Shown: positions 10,440-20,225 of the stretch, one piece after another | Layout of the letters: the number at the start of each line of letters is the position of its first letter | Numbering within the stretch: position 1 is the first letter of the stretch | Virus record (IMG/VR): IMGVR_UViG_3300026121_000008 | Location: 32,001-96,000 of that record | Direction: 5' to 3' (one strand) | DNA length: 64,000 nucleotides | Source: a virus | Taxonomy: Duplodnaviria; Caudoviricetes | Made by a program: the position numbers and the translations under genes | The notes under the pieces: generated by a model | The model's input: only the letters and a program-made list of their open reading frames with translations | Database searches by the model: none | Told to the model about the DNA's origin: nothing

Positions 10440-13231
10440 TGGACTTCCGCTGGCGACCGATCACACGGGACAGTAAACGGGAGTTGAAGGTCATTCTGCA
10501 CCCGACTGCCGCGATCTGGGAAGTGCGGCGGGGGATGGAAGCGGGGTCCGATGACTCGGTAGACCTGACGGAGTTTGTCAAGGAGGTGACCCAGACCGCC
10601 TATGACCTGAAGCTCTCGCTGGTGTTCAATCGGGAACTGTTTGGCCCGACGCAACCCAAGCCGAACCAGACCATCGAAGTCCAGTTGAAGCAGGATGATC
10701 AGTGGAAGATCCTGTGGCTGGGTCACGTCGATAGCATCTCGAACTTCGCCATGTCCCGAGGCGAACGGCAGATGGACGTGCTGGCCAAGACTCGTGACCA
10801 GCAGGATATCTGGCGGGCCACGCCTCGTGTGACTCCGTTGTTCCCGGCCCTGACTGATCTGGTCTACATGGCCCAGTTGGTGGCCCGCTCTGCGGAGATG
10901 AAGAGCGACGAGATCGTGCTCCCGCATTCGGCCATTGCGACGGCCCACAGCAATACCCAGTTGGTGGATATGACCAACTGGGAGATGGTCAGTAACATCT
11001 TCGTGGCTCTGGGCTGGACCCCCTACATCGATGCGCTGGGGCGTCTGAGAGCCGCAGATCGGAGACTGCAAGGCCGGGAACCCGATACCAAACTGGATGA
11101 TGACCGCATCATCAAGGTGGGCGGCACCCGCATGAGGCCCCCGGTAAACCGGGTCCGGGTGAAGTGGCTCAGTCCGGAACTGCAAGTCTTCGAGCAGCAG
11201 CGGCGGGTCATCAAGTCCTTCAACGTGACTTTTGGGTTCTGGTTGCCCTACTGGCATCAAACGGTGAAGTTTTCGGATGACGGGTCACTCCGTGCGTTGA
11301 AGACGGAATGCAAGCCCAACCCGGATGGGGGCGGCGTCTTCCGGTGGGTGCAATTCGGCTATGAGAAATGGGTGCATCAATCGCCCACGCAGGGCAAGTT
11401 TTCGATTTTCAACTTCGGCTTTTTTGCAATGGCAGGGCTGCTGTTTGATTGGAATCGAGCGACGGCTGAACAAGACGAAATTCCAATACTGACCGTAAAT
11501 CAAGCTTTTATTCCTCATCTGGACGTTGTTGTTGCAGGGGCATTTGCAAGCGAAGGATATACCTTACCGGGAGATACAGACACTACGACCACCCAGCCCA
11601 GTATGACAAGATCTACGCCGTTAAATGGTCGAAAACACCAAGCCCTCGTGCAGGCGGGTATTACGGCCATGCTCGTCAACGCAGGTACTGGCACCTATGA
11701 TGTCTGGGGCACGCCCTACGACTGGATTCATGCCCGGAATACGTCCGAAGCCTTTGATATTTCCGTCCCAACGTGGGTGAACAACGTCTCTGACCTCGAA
11801 TGCGATTTCATCGGGAACGAAGAGCATGCCGGAGCTATTGCCGTCCGAGAACTGATTTATCTGGCCCGCTCTGCCAACAAGTGGTCCGTAACTATCGTGG
11901 ACGATCCCCGCATTGAGATAGGGGACATTCTGGCGTTCACCGATGGCAGTCAGTTGTATGTGGAGGATTATTCCCGGACGCTGTCCCGAGGCAGTGAAGC
12001 CGTGCTGGACGTGAAGGGATTTTTGGTCCCCACCCACTCGGCTCCACGGGCAGAAACGCCTATCGGAGGCGGAGGGGGAGGCAAGCCGGGGACCGGTCCC
12101 GGTGCGGGAGGCCCCACTCTGCCGCCCATTACGACCGCCGAGATGATCGGAGACTTCGCCCTGACGGATGTCACAGGCGAGAACGTCATCCCACCGGGTG
12201 ACTCGATTCGTCAAGGATACCTCTATTGCGCCCAGCCTCCCGAAGAGCGGAAAAAGTGGGTGGCGGATTGGGTGAAGCTGGGCATCAAGCACATGTGGAT
12301 TGCCCCTACGGTGAACTACGGGGGCGGGCTGCAACGCAACAATAATGCTTTCCTCCGGGACCGGGATGGGAATCTGTACGATGCCCGTGGCCGGTCTGGA
12401 CGGTGGGCGGTGAGACACGGGATTGCTCCCCGATCCAAGCCTTACGAAACGGCAATTGATTGCCGCCAAGACCCGCCGAGGTTCATCGAGTGTGTCAACG
12501 AACTGAAAGCCGCAGGCATCACCCCTTACGTCCAGATTGCCGCATCAGACGCTTATGGGACCAAAGACAATATCGATCTGGACAAGATTGCGCGTGATCT
12601 CGACAGTTGGAAAGGCTGGGGCTGGGTGGACGCTGTTGATGGCTACGGCACGGACCTGTGGCCGGAGTCGGATGCCGACACCTACCCGTGGCAAATGGTG
12701 GATATCTGCAGAATGGCGAAGGAAACCCTGCCCAACAGCATTCTGATGGCCCATGTGGGCCGGTCAGGAGATGGGTTGTATCAAGGCTACGGGGAAAACC
12801 CCGGCTCTCCTGATTACTGGGGCCGCGAGCGGTTTTGGACGGAGATGCACGCCGCAGGCTGTACCGCCTTGGGGTGGGAAGCGAAGACCGAGATCTTTGA
12901 AGACCCCGACTGGCAGCACATTCTTGTCCGCGAATATCTCGGAGCCTACACCCGGTTGACGGAACCGTTGAGTGACGAAGAGGCGACGGAACGGGCGGCA
13001 TCAGTGGGCGTGACGCTCACGCAGGAGGATTTGAATAACCTATACCATGGAGGCCCTGCCGGAGGAGCCAGTACGGCCCTCCCCTATTGGGAAGGTCCAG
13101 AATACGGATTGCAATGGGCCAGTTGGCAGAAGGCCGATGCCGCCCGTCTCCTGATCGGGTGTGGCGCACCGGGGTCCATGTCCGGAGCCGTGTCCATCCC
13201 ATCAGAAGCTCTGAAGAGGAGGCTCGTGTAA
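10439..13231 (+). CDS. Baseplate hub/tail-tip-like protein with C-terminal putative glycoside-hydrolase-like (TIM-barrel) domain
   Basis: Hub-like motifs YIDALGRL and DPRIEIGDILAF...YVEDYSRT; Gly/Pro linker, then an alpha/beta domain similar to 43901-44959. Confidence 0.6.
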   Translation: MDFRWRPITRDSKRELKVILHPTAAIWEVRRGMEAGSDDSVDLTEFVKEVTQTAYDLKLSLVFNRELFGPTQPKPNQTIEVQLKQDDQWKILWLGHVDSISNFAMSRGERQMDVLAKTRDQQDIWRATPRVTPLFPALTDLVYMAQLVARSAEMKSDEIVLPHSAIATAHSNTQLVDMTNWEMVSNIFVALGWTPYIDALGRLRAADRRLQGREPDTKLDDDRIIKVGGTRMRPPVNRVRVKWLSPELQVFEQQRRVIKSFNVTFGFWLPYWHQTVKFSDDGSLRALKTECKPNPDGGGVFRWVQFGYEKWVHQSPTQGKFSIFNFGFFAMAGLLFDWNRATAEQDEIPILTVNQAFIPHLDVVVAGAFASEGYTLPGDTDTTTTQPSMTRSTPLNGRKHQALVQAGITAMLVNAGTGTYDVWGTPYDWIHARNTSEAFDISVPTWVNNVSDLECDFIGNEEHAGAIAVRELIYLARSANKWSVTIVDDPRIEIGDILAFTDGSQLYVEDYSRTLSRGSEAVLDVKGFLVPTHSAPRAETPIGGGGGGKPGTGPGAGGPTLPPITTAEMIGDFALTDVTGENVIPPGDSIRQGYLYCAQPPEERKKWVADWVKLGIKHMWIAPTVNYGGGLQRNNNAFLRDRDGNLYDARGRSGRWAVRHGIAPRSKPYETAIDCRQDPPRFIECVNELKAAGITPYVQIAASDAYGTKDNIDLDKIARDLDSWKGWGWVDAVDGYGTDLWPESDADTYPWQMVDICRMAKETLPNSILMAHVGRSGDGLYQGYGENPGSPDYWGRERFWTEMHAAGCTALGWEAKTEIFEDPDWQHILVREYLGAYTRLTEPLSDEEATERAASVGVTLTQEDLNNLYHGGPAGGASTALPYWEGPEYGLQWASWQKADAARLLIGCGAPGSMSGAVSIPSEALKRRLV

Positions 13232-13816
13232 ATGGGCATGGTCATTACTGACATGGCGTCGGCCCAAGTCAAACTTGGGGTCACGACACTCTATGGCACC
13301 ACGACCAGCAATCCGACACTGCTCCTATCTGACGGGCTGAATGTGCAGTGGGTCTGCGATGTCAATATCGGGGAGTTCGATGCGTCAGGCGAGGTGAATC
13401 AGTACATCAAGAAGAACGGGCAACCGGGGTCGTTGACCGGCCTTCCCGGCCAGCCTCCGGAAGACTGGCAGTTGGACGACTCGTTGCCGGGGCATGTAGA
13501 CACCAGCATGCACAACGTGCCCATTGCCCGCAACAACGAAGAACTCCGGTATGCCCAGATTGGAGCCCCGGTCGTCCTCACGCGCAATCTCCGGGGCCAG
13601 TGGGAGATCACAGGATTCTCCCAAGAACAGCCGGGAACGCATATCATGTACCCGGTGGATTTGGGCGATGGGTCCATCCGAACGATCATCGACCTGACGA
13701 CGACCATCCGGATGTTGACGCTGGCGGAACTCGGAGAGATTCAGCCCTTTGGGGCCATCCCGTTCGGGGCGGGGGCCTTGTTCAAGGGCCAGACGTTCAT
13801 TCGAGTGACGGTGTAG
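13232..13816 (+). CDS. Hypothetical tail protein
   Basis: Abuts the previous stop codon; coding-like codon usage. Confidence 0.6.
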   Translation: MGMVITDMASAQVKLGVTTLYGTTTSNPTLLLSDGLNVQWVCDVNIGEFDASGEVNQYIKKNGQPGSLTGLPGQPPEDWQLDDSLPGHVDTSMHNVPIARNNEELRYAQIGAPVVLTRNLRGQWEITGFSQEQPGTHIMYPVDLGDGSIRTIIDLTTTIRMLTLAELGEIQPFGAIPFGAGALFKGQTFIRVTV

Positions 13817-13826
13817 GAGCTTTTCC

Positions 13827-14903
13827 ATGGAACTGGTCACGTTCAATAGCGGCGACACCGACTACATCGCCAAGCTGAATTCCAACATCGCCACCCTGAC
13901 GGACACCATCAACGGGATGGCGGTCCAGATCGGCGCGGTGTCTGGTGGGGACGCCCTGACCGTGGGCATGTTCCTCGACACCCTGTTCAACCGGGCGGAC
14001 GCCATCATTGGTCCAGAGAGTTATAAGGCGACGAAGTCCGCTTCGACCGTGACTATCGCGCCCGGTGGCATGTATCTGCAGTCTGAAACAGCGGTGGTGG
14101 CCTCGTTCAATGCGGTGCCCCTCAGCTTCATCGGGAAGCCGTCAGGCACCCAGTACATCGTGGTGGGTGTGGCCGGGATGCCAGTCTTGTCTCCGACGTT
14201 TGGCCCCGGAGCCATCTATCAAGTCTTCTGGACCGGGTCCGCCTTCTCCGGCAACGTCGAGTATCTCGTCCCGGTCTTCTTCGACACCGCCGAAGCGTCT
14301 GCGTCCCGCAAGAGTCTCGCTCTGAACACGGTCTACCCCACGCTGGATGCCCGTCTCGAAGCCGGAGAGGCTCTCTCCGTCCAAGCGCAATCAGATGCAG
14401 AATCTGCATTGGCGGTGGCCTATGAAAACCAAGCGGCCTTGGGGAGCGTCAGTTTTCGCAAGATCGGGATTACGGTGGATGGTACCGTGGGCGTCAAGGG
14501 CGCGATCCAGATCGACTTCGAGGGCACCATCGTAGGCTGGAGCATCATTGCCGATGCCGTAGGCAGTCTCACGGTAGAGGTGAGCCGGAGAGCGTCCTCA
14601 GAGCCTCCTGCTGTCCCTCAGATGCCAGACCCGGTGACCCACAAGATTTCAGCGTCCACCCCCATCACCCTGAGCACGGCTCAATCTGCCGCTCGTGACG
14701 AGGCGGGTGTCTCGACATGGGCCAGAGACCTCGAACCATGGGACGTGATCCAGTTCAAGGTGGCCTCCGTGACGACCATCACCCGTGCCACGCTCTACCT
14801 CCGGGTGTTGGAGCAGTTCCCGTCTCCTCCGGAAATCAACCCGCTGGAGATGTTGAGTCCACTGGACGAGATCGACATTGAGTTCCGCGAAGGAGATGAG
14901 TAA
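13827..14903 (+). CDS. Putative tail fibre/adaptor protein
   Basis: GGAG RBS; C-terminal G.KG.IQIDFEGTIVGWSI.AD..GS domain of the kind seen in phage fibre proteins. Confidence 0.55.
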   Translation: MELVTFNSGDTDYIAKLNSNIATLTDTINGMAVQIGAVSGGDALTVGMFLDTLFNRADAIIGPESYKATKSASTVTIAPGGMYLQSETAVVASFNAVPLSFIGKPSGTQYIVVGVAGMPVLSPTFGPGAIYQVFWTGSAFSGNVEYLVPVFFDTAEASASRKSLALNTVYPTLDARLEAGEALSVQAQSDAESALAVAYENQAALGSVSFRKIGITVDGTVGVKGAIQIDFEGTIVGWSIIADAVGSLTVEVSRRASSEPPAVPQMPDPVTHKISASTPITLSTAQSAARDEAGVSTWARDLEPWDVIQFKVASVTTITRATLYLRVLEQFPSPPEINPLEMLSPLDEIDIEFREGDE

Positions 14904-15991
14904 TGGCTCTACTGTTCATGGATTCGTTTGATCACTACGCCACGGCGGATATCACGGAAAAGTGGAGTACATCAGGGACGGGGGCTGGTGGCAGCATCTC
15001 TATTGGGAGTGGGAACGGTCGGCGGGGAACGAATGGATTTCGTTTCCTCACGGGGTTTAGTGGGGGTGGGGTGGGATTTTTGCAAAAAGCTCTCGTCCCT
15101 ACGGATGCCACGACGTGCATCATGGGGTTTGCCGTGGTCATCCCAGCCGGAGCCATTGGGACGGTAGGTGGGGTGATCGCCGTGATCAAGGATTCGACCA
15201 CCCCTCAAGTGACCCTCAAAGTTAATTCAGATTTCACCTTGACCGTTCTTCGAGGAAATCAGATTGGAACGTGGTTGGGCCAGTCCAGTGGGAGTCCCAT
15301 GTCGGCGGGGGTGATGGCGTACGTTGAATGGAAGGTGGTGATCCACCCCAGTGCAGGCACGGTGGAGGTGCGGGTGAATGGCAATGTGGTACCCGGATTG
15401 AATCTGACGGGACAGAATACTCGGGCCTCGGGATTTTCTACATGGACGAGCGTGGTTCTGGGCACGAATGACAACGTGGGAAGTTCGTGGTCCGGGGGCA
15501 ATCTAAATGTCGATTTTGACGATGTATATGTGTGCGATGGTAGTGGGTCTGCGCCGTGGAATACATTCCTTGGAGATTGTCGGGTCGATGCGCTTCGACC
15601 GACTGCCGAAGGGACGTCGTCGCAGTGGACTCCGCTCTCAGGAACAGACAACGCTGCCATGGTCAACCAAACGGCTCCCGATGATGATACGACGTACGTG
15701 TCCACGGTGACGTCGGGCCACACCGACACCTATGTGACTCCGGATGCTCCGGTCGCAGGAGCCGCCATCATGGGCGTGCAATTGAACGTGTCCATCAAGA
15801 AAGAAGACGCAGGCTCGTGTGCAGTGTCGGGTGTGGTTCGACACAGCGGCACGAATTACCCGGTAGTCCTTCCGAATCCGGGGACGACGTATGCGTATCA
15901 AACGGTCATGATGCCTACCAATCCCGGCACAGGCGTAGCGTGGACTGAAGCCGGGTTCAACGCCGCTGAATTTGGCTTCACTCGGTTGTAG
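14903..15991 (+). CDS. Putative virion protein with lectin/jelly-roll-like domain (MALLFMDSFDHY...)
   Basis: Beta-sandwich motifs YVEWKV...GTVEVRVNG and DFDDVYVCD; translationally coupled to the upstream gene. Confidence 0.6.
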   Translation: MALLFMDSFDHYATADITEKWSTSGTGAGGSISIGSGNGRRGTNGFRFLTGFSGGGVGFLQKALVPTDATTCIMGFAVVIPAGAIGTVGGVIAVIKDSTTPQVTLKVNSDFTLTVLRGNQIGTWLGQSSGSPMSAGVMAYVEWKVVIHPSAGTVEVRVNGNVVPGLNLTGQNTRASGFSTWTSVVLGTNDNVGSSWSGGNLNVDFDDVYVCDGSGSAPWNTFLGDCRVDALRPTAEGTSSQWTPLSGTDNAAMVNQTAPDDDTTYVSTVTSGHTDTYVTPDAPVAGAAIMGVQLNVSIKKEDAGSCAVSGVVRHSGTNYPVVLPNPGTTYAYQTVMMPTNPGTGVAWTEAGFNAAEFGFTRL

Positions 15992-15994
15992 CGC

Positions 15995-17518
15995 ATGGCC
16001 ATCGCCTTTGTTGCCGGTGACACCGCCACCGGAGCCACGACTGCCGCACTGAACTCTACAACGGCAAACTTCGCCATTGTGCAGGCGGGGTCATGGCCCA
16101 GTGCAGCGACCACGGTCACCGAAGGGGGTGGCTACTCGAATACGTGGACGGCCCTGACCGCCCTGAACAGTTCCAATCACTGTGAACGCATCTTCTATGC
16201 CTTCCTGACCAGTAAGGGCACAGGCCATACGTTCACTCACAACGGCGGGTCTCCGTGTGTGGCCGTCGCGCTGTTCAGTGGCGTACCCTCCGATGCGGGC
16301 ATTGTAGACATCAAGCAGGCTCTGACGCTGGCTCCCGGCACCGTCACGCCGAATGCCAATGGCCAGTTGATCGTGTCCGGGTGCATCTGCCAGAGCAGTG
16401 TGCAGACTGCCGTCAGTGGTGGATTGACTATCGTAGACACCCCCGTAGGGGCGGGGGGTAACGTCGGCGGTAGTTTAGGGTATCTGATTCAGACCACGTC
16501 CGCCCCGGTAACCCCCGCATGGACCGGGGGATCAGGCGCGGTGGCGACGACTTCTCTTGTCGTAGGGTCAGTGGCTCCACCTCCTCCGGATAGTCTCGTT
16601 GCGTTCATTGCTGCAGGCCCCGGTGCAACCGGGGGCACAACGACGGCCATCGACACGACTGGAGCTTCCCTCCTCGTGATCAGTACCTCTTTCTGGACCG
16701 GGGGAGGGGCCACGTCAACGACCGTCAGTGATTCCAAGAGCAATACGTGGATTCCAGTGTGGACGCAACCGGGGCAACCCGGCGGCGACATGGTGCAGCA
16801 GTTTTTCTACTGCTTTACCCCCACGGTCGGCACAGGCCATACGTTCACGGTGACCAGTCTCAGTGCGAGTGGCTATCCGTCTATTTTCGTGTTTGCCTTT
16901 TCGGGCATGACCGGTGGGGCGTATCAGACGCGCAGTGGGGCGGGTAATTTCGGGCAGGCGTCTCCTTTAGCGACAGGCAGTGTCACACCGAGTGTGAATG
17001 GAGCCCTTCTCCTGAGCGGGTTTGCGCCGAATATTGGGACGATTACTGGGCTGGCCCTCACGCCTACGGGATTTACGCTCAAGAATCTCGCGGGGGTGGG
17101 AGGGGTCAACTTCCCCGGCACGACGGCGTACACCGTCCAAGCGACGGCAGCGGCCATCAACCCAACATGGGCATGGACGCATGGAGCCGTCAGTACTGCC
17201 GCTTCAACGGTGGTGTTTCTCCCTGCGCTTCCACCGTCCCCCGCACGAGTCTCCCAAGCGGTCGTAGAGACCCTCAGCTATCCCACGGCGGGAGCCCGTG
17301 TCTCCCAGATGGTGGTGGAGGCATTACTGTTTCCTGCCACTCCCGGACGGGTTTCCCAGTTCGTCGTGGAGACGTTAATTCTGCCCGACTCCCCAAGTCG
17401 CGTGTCCCAGATGGTCGTGGAAACGCTACAATTTGCCCCAGAACCTCCCCCTACAGCAGGCGCAACCGCCAATGCCCTCTGGATGGGCGACAGCGGGGGA
17501 ATCATCTGGATCGACTGA
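15995..17518 (+). CDS. Thr/Gly/Ala-rich virion protein with an internally duplicated domain and four C-terminal ~17-aa repeats
   Basis: Two copies of SNTW...FY.F...GTGHTFT...VTP..NG.L; four RVSQ.VVE.L repeats; paralog of 62263-62973. Confidence 0.65.
   Translation: MAIAFVAGDTATGATTAALNSTTANFAIVQAGSWPSAATTVTEGGGYSNTWTALTALNSSNHCERIFYAFLTSKGTGHTFTHNGGSPCVAVALFSGVPSDAGIVDIKQALTLAPGTVTPNANGQLIVSGCICQSSVQTAVSGGLTIVDTPVGAGGNVGGSLGYLIQTTSAPVTPAWTGGSGAVATTSLVVGSVAPPPPDSLVAFIAAGPGATGGTTTAIDTTGASLLVISTSFWTGGGATSTTVSDSKSNTWIPVWTQPGQPGGDMVQQFFYCFTPTVGTGHTFTVTSLSASGYPSIFVFAFSGMTGGAYQTRSGAGNFGQASPLATGSVTPSVNGALLLSGFAPNIGTITGLALTPTGFTLKNLAGVGGVNFPGTTAYTVQATAAAINPTWAWTHGAVSTAASTVVFLPALPPSPARVSQAVVETLSYPTAGARVSQMVVEALLFPATPGRVSQFVVETLILPDSPSRVSQMVVETLQFAPEPPPTAGATANALWMGDSGGIIWID
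17223..17436 (+). repeat. Four ~51-nt tandem coding repeats (RVSQxVVExL)
   Basis: PARVSQAVVETL / GARVSQMVVEAL / PGRVSQFVVETL / PSRVSQMVVETL. Confidence 0.85.
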
Positions 17519-17546
17519 TTGCACTTGGTTGCAAAGGAGTTGCCTC

Positions 17547-17933
17547 ATGGCGTTGGTGCAACCCGTGGACGTCTATACCCCTCCGGCCCATTGCGTGGCC
17601 CTGACCCGGTACTTCTTCACGGTCACGGAGCGTCCGGACGCTGTCCTGTCCGTCCAACTCCACCGGGCGGAACGCATCGTGGACCGGGTGGTGGCCCGTC
17701 CGCTCCTCCCCACCCAGCGGGAAGCTCTCATCTGTCTGGTGTCGGATCTGGAGTCGGTCCCGGCCTTCGAGAAGTCCTTCCTTGTGACCGCGCTCAACAA
17801 GGGGATGTTCCAGATCGCGGCGGCAGAGTTCCCGATGTTCTGCTATCAGGACGGCAAGGTGCAGACCCGACTCTGGGAGAAGAGACGGGCCGAAGCGTTC
17901 CTGTTCAGTCGAGGAAAGTTGCTGTTTGACTAG
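17547..17933 (+). CDS. GH24 phage-lysozyme-like protein lacking the catalytic N-terminal lobe
   Basis: AAGGAG RBS; C-lobe motifs TQREAL..LV, S.LV..LNKG....AAAEF, GKVQ..L..RRAEA.LF; no FEG / D..G..TIGYG motif. Confidence 0.65.
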   Translation: MALVQPVDVYTPPAHCVALTRYFFTVTERPDAVLSVQLHRAERIVDRVVARPLLPTQREALICLVSDLESVPAFEKSFLVTALNKGMFQIAAAEFPMFCYQDGKVQTRLWEKRRAEAFLFSRGKLLFD

Positions 17934-17936
17934 GAC

Positions 17937-17965
17937 TTGACAAATAGTTTTTCCTCTGTCATACT
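17937..17965 (+). promoter_or_regulatory. sigma70-like promoter TTGACA-N17-CATACT
   Basis: Consensus -35 with 17-bp spacer, upstream of the AAA ATPase. Confidence 0.75.
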
Positions 17966-17992
17966 GCGCGGGTCCAATGGAGTGCCCGAACC

Positions 17993-19210
17993 GTGTTTGA
18001 TTTTGCGACGGCCTTTAAGGCCCATCTGCCGTTTATCGCGGTCAGGACGGACGACCCGGTGCATGTGAAAATCATGCTCCAGCATCTGTCTGGGAAGACC
18101 CTGCAGCCTCTGCCCATGGCCAAGCAGGCCACGGTGGGTGATAGTTATTTGTGGTGGACGGAAGACCTGTCCCAAGTCACCACAGAGATGTATCGGAAGC
18201 TCTGTGCGGCAGCAGCTAGCTGTGCGGTCATCAACCCGGACAAGCCCTCCCCGCTGGTGTACGACACGGGCATCCTCTCGACCCCGTCCGTGTTCTACCG
18301 GCAATATCTGAAGGAGTTCGTAGCCCCGGAGCAGATCGAGCCCGTGGTCATGCAGTTGAAGGGTCTGTCCCTCAAAGCGGCTCAAGAGGTGGTCCAACTG
18401 ACCATGGCCCGAACCGGGTCCATCGCGCCCCACGAGGTCCGCAAGACCCGGCAGATGATGGGCGGGGAGACCCCCGGCTTGACGACGCTGGAGACGGAGT
18501 ACGACTTCTACGAGTGGCCGGAGAGCCTGAAGAACTGGCTCGACCTGAACGACAGCTACTTTCTGGATCTGAACACGCCGATGCAATTAGTGCCACGGGG
18601 CCTGCTGTTAGCCGGTGACCCCGGTGTCGGCAAGTCCATGGCGGCACGGGTGTTGGCCAAGCACTGGGATGTGCCCCTGTTCCGTCTCGACGTCTCCACG
18701 TCCCTCAACCGCTATCTGGGCGAGTCGGAATCCCGTATCGCCCGCAACCTGAACGTCATCGAGCAGAATGCCCCGTGCGTGTGGCTCCTTGATGAAGCTG
18801 AGAAGCTGTTCGCCACGAACGGGGATGAGGGAACGACGCAACGCATCCTGTCCCAGATGCTCTGGTGGCTGCAGGCTCACACCTCACGGGTGCTGACCAT
18901 CATGACCACCAACAACCTGTCGATCCTTCCCAAGGAACTGTATCGGGCGGAGCGACTGGATAAGGTGCTCCATCTGGAGAAGCTCTCCCTCTCTGCCGCC
19001 AAACTGTTTGCGGCCAAGGTGTATCAATCTGTCACAGGTGACCTCATGCCGAAGAAGCGGCAGCGGCTGCTCCAAGAGGAGTTGGACCGAGGGGACAAGG
19101 GCACCTACTCCCATGCCGAAGTGCGCGTGTTGGTGTATGAGAGTATCAAAGAGAACGGATGGATGGTGAAGGAAACCGGGCCACTTGACATGGCTTTGCC
19201 CAAGGTGTAG
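17993..19210 (+). CDS. AAA+ ATPase (Ycf46-like architecture)
   Basis: Walker A GDPGVGKS; Walker B CVWLLDEAEK; YLGESE pore loop; PKELYRAERLD. Confidence 0.85.
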   Translation: MFDFATAFKAHLPFIAVRTDDPVHVKIMLQHLSGKTLQPLPMAKQATVGDSYLWWTEDLSQVTTEMYRKLCAAAASCAVINPDKPSPLVYDTGILSTPSVFYRQYLKEFVAPEQIEPVVMQLKGLSLKAAQEVVQLTMARTGSIAPHEVRKTRQMMGGETPGLTTLETEYDFYEWPESLKNWLDLNDSYFLDLNTPMQLVPRGLLLAGDPGVGKSMAARVLAKHWDVPLFRLDVSTSLNRYLGESESRIARNLNVIEQNAPCVWLLDEAEKLFATNGDEGTTQRILSQMLWWLQAHTSRVLTIMTTNNLSILPKELYRAERLDKVLHLEKLSLSAAKLFAAKVYQSVTGDLMPKKRQRLLQEELDRGDKGTYSHAEVRVLVYESIKENGWMVKETGPLDMALPKV

Positions 19211-19213
19211 ACT
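19185..19213 (+). promoter_or_regulatory. sigma70-like promoter TTGACA-N17-TAGACT
   Basis: Consensus spacing; upstream of 19252. Confidence 0.75.
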
Positions 19214-19251
19214 GCTCGAATCGGATCACATTTGATCCCCAATGGAGTGTT

Positions 19252-19839
19252 ATGGAACCGTTACGGTACTTCGGCTCAAGCAATCAGTACGTGGATTTTG
19301 CCATCCGTGGTGAAGGGGAATTCCTCGGCGTCGGCGTGGATTACGCCAAACATCCGTCCGGGGTGGGGTGTTTTGTCGTGCGCTTCGTGGCGCACGGTGC
19401 CGCCAACCCCTTGGAATTCAAGCACTTGTCTTATCGGGAACCGGCCCAGTTCGTCATTCCGAGTGGCACTATGCCCGAGTTGTTCGAGGGCTTCCGCCTC
19501 GACAAGGTGGCGTTCGGCGTCTTCGAGCCTGCCGTGCAGAAGCGGGAACTCGACTTCTTCGCCACCAAGTATGGCGTCTGGAGCCTGCTGACGAACTGGA
19601 TCGCGGATCAGGCCATGCTCGAAGGCTTCACCGTCGTGGTAGATCTCGAAAAGGAGATCAAGTCCCTCTTGATCGCCCGTCCCTCGAACGTGGACGAGGT
19701 GACCTGTGTCCTGCGGTTCCCGGATTTGACGTCGCCCGAATACCGGGCCAGCCTCAAGCCCGTGGTCAAGCCAGAGCCGGAAGAGGATGAGGACGACAAC
19801 GGCGACGAACCCCCGCCTACGAAGGGCTGGACGAACTAA
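19252..19839 (+). CDS. Hypothetical protein with acidic C-terminus
   Basis: GGAG RBS; own promoter. Confidence 0.7.
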   Translation: MEPLRYFGSSNQYVDFAIRGEGEFLGVGVDYAKHPSGVGCFVVRFVAHGAANPLEFKHLSYREPAQFVIPSGTMPELFEGFRLDKVAFGVFEPAVQKRELDFFATKYGVWSLLTNWIADQAMLEGFTVVVDLEKEIKSLLIARPSNVDEVTCVLRFPDLTSPEYRASLKPVVKPEPEEDEDDNGDEPPPTKGWTN

Positions 19840-19869
19840 CCGGACCATCAAGGTCCACAAGGAGTGTGC

Positions 19870-20220
19870 ATGAAGAAACTAGAGACGCGGGACGACCTGA
19901 GAGCGTTCGTGGACGGGCTGTTGAAGGCGGTGGAACACCATGCCGCCAACATCAAGGCACAGGTGCATGACCTGATTGTCAACATCACCCGCTATGCCGA
20001 AGACTGGGAGGCCCGGACGTGGAAGAACCGTCTGATGGCCAACGTCTGGGTGACGATGAACGGGCAGCGGTATGCCTTCGTGGGCGTCCGGGTAGCCAAG
20101 AACAACTACAAGGTCGTCGTCCATCGGAAGAACGCCAATGGCCCGGTGATCACGGAGGTTACGGACCAGACGTCCTCCGAAGCCATCGAAGTCCTGTTCA
20201 AGGTACTGAAAGCCGACTAA
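19870..20220 (+). CDS. Hypothetical protein
   Basis: AAGGAG RBS; coding-like codon bias. Confidence 0.65.
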   Translation: MKKLETRDDLRAFVDGLLKAVEHHAANIKAQVHDLIVNITRYAEDWEARTWKNRLMANVWVTMNGQRYAFVGVRVAKNNYKVVVHRKNANGPVITEVTDQTSSEAIEVLFKVLKAD

Positions 20221-20225
20221 GAGCC

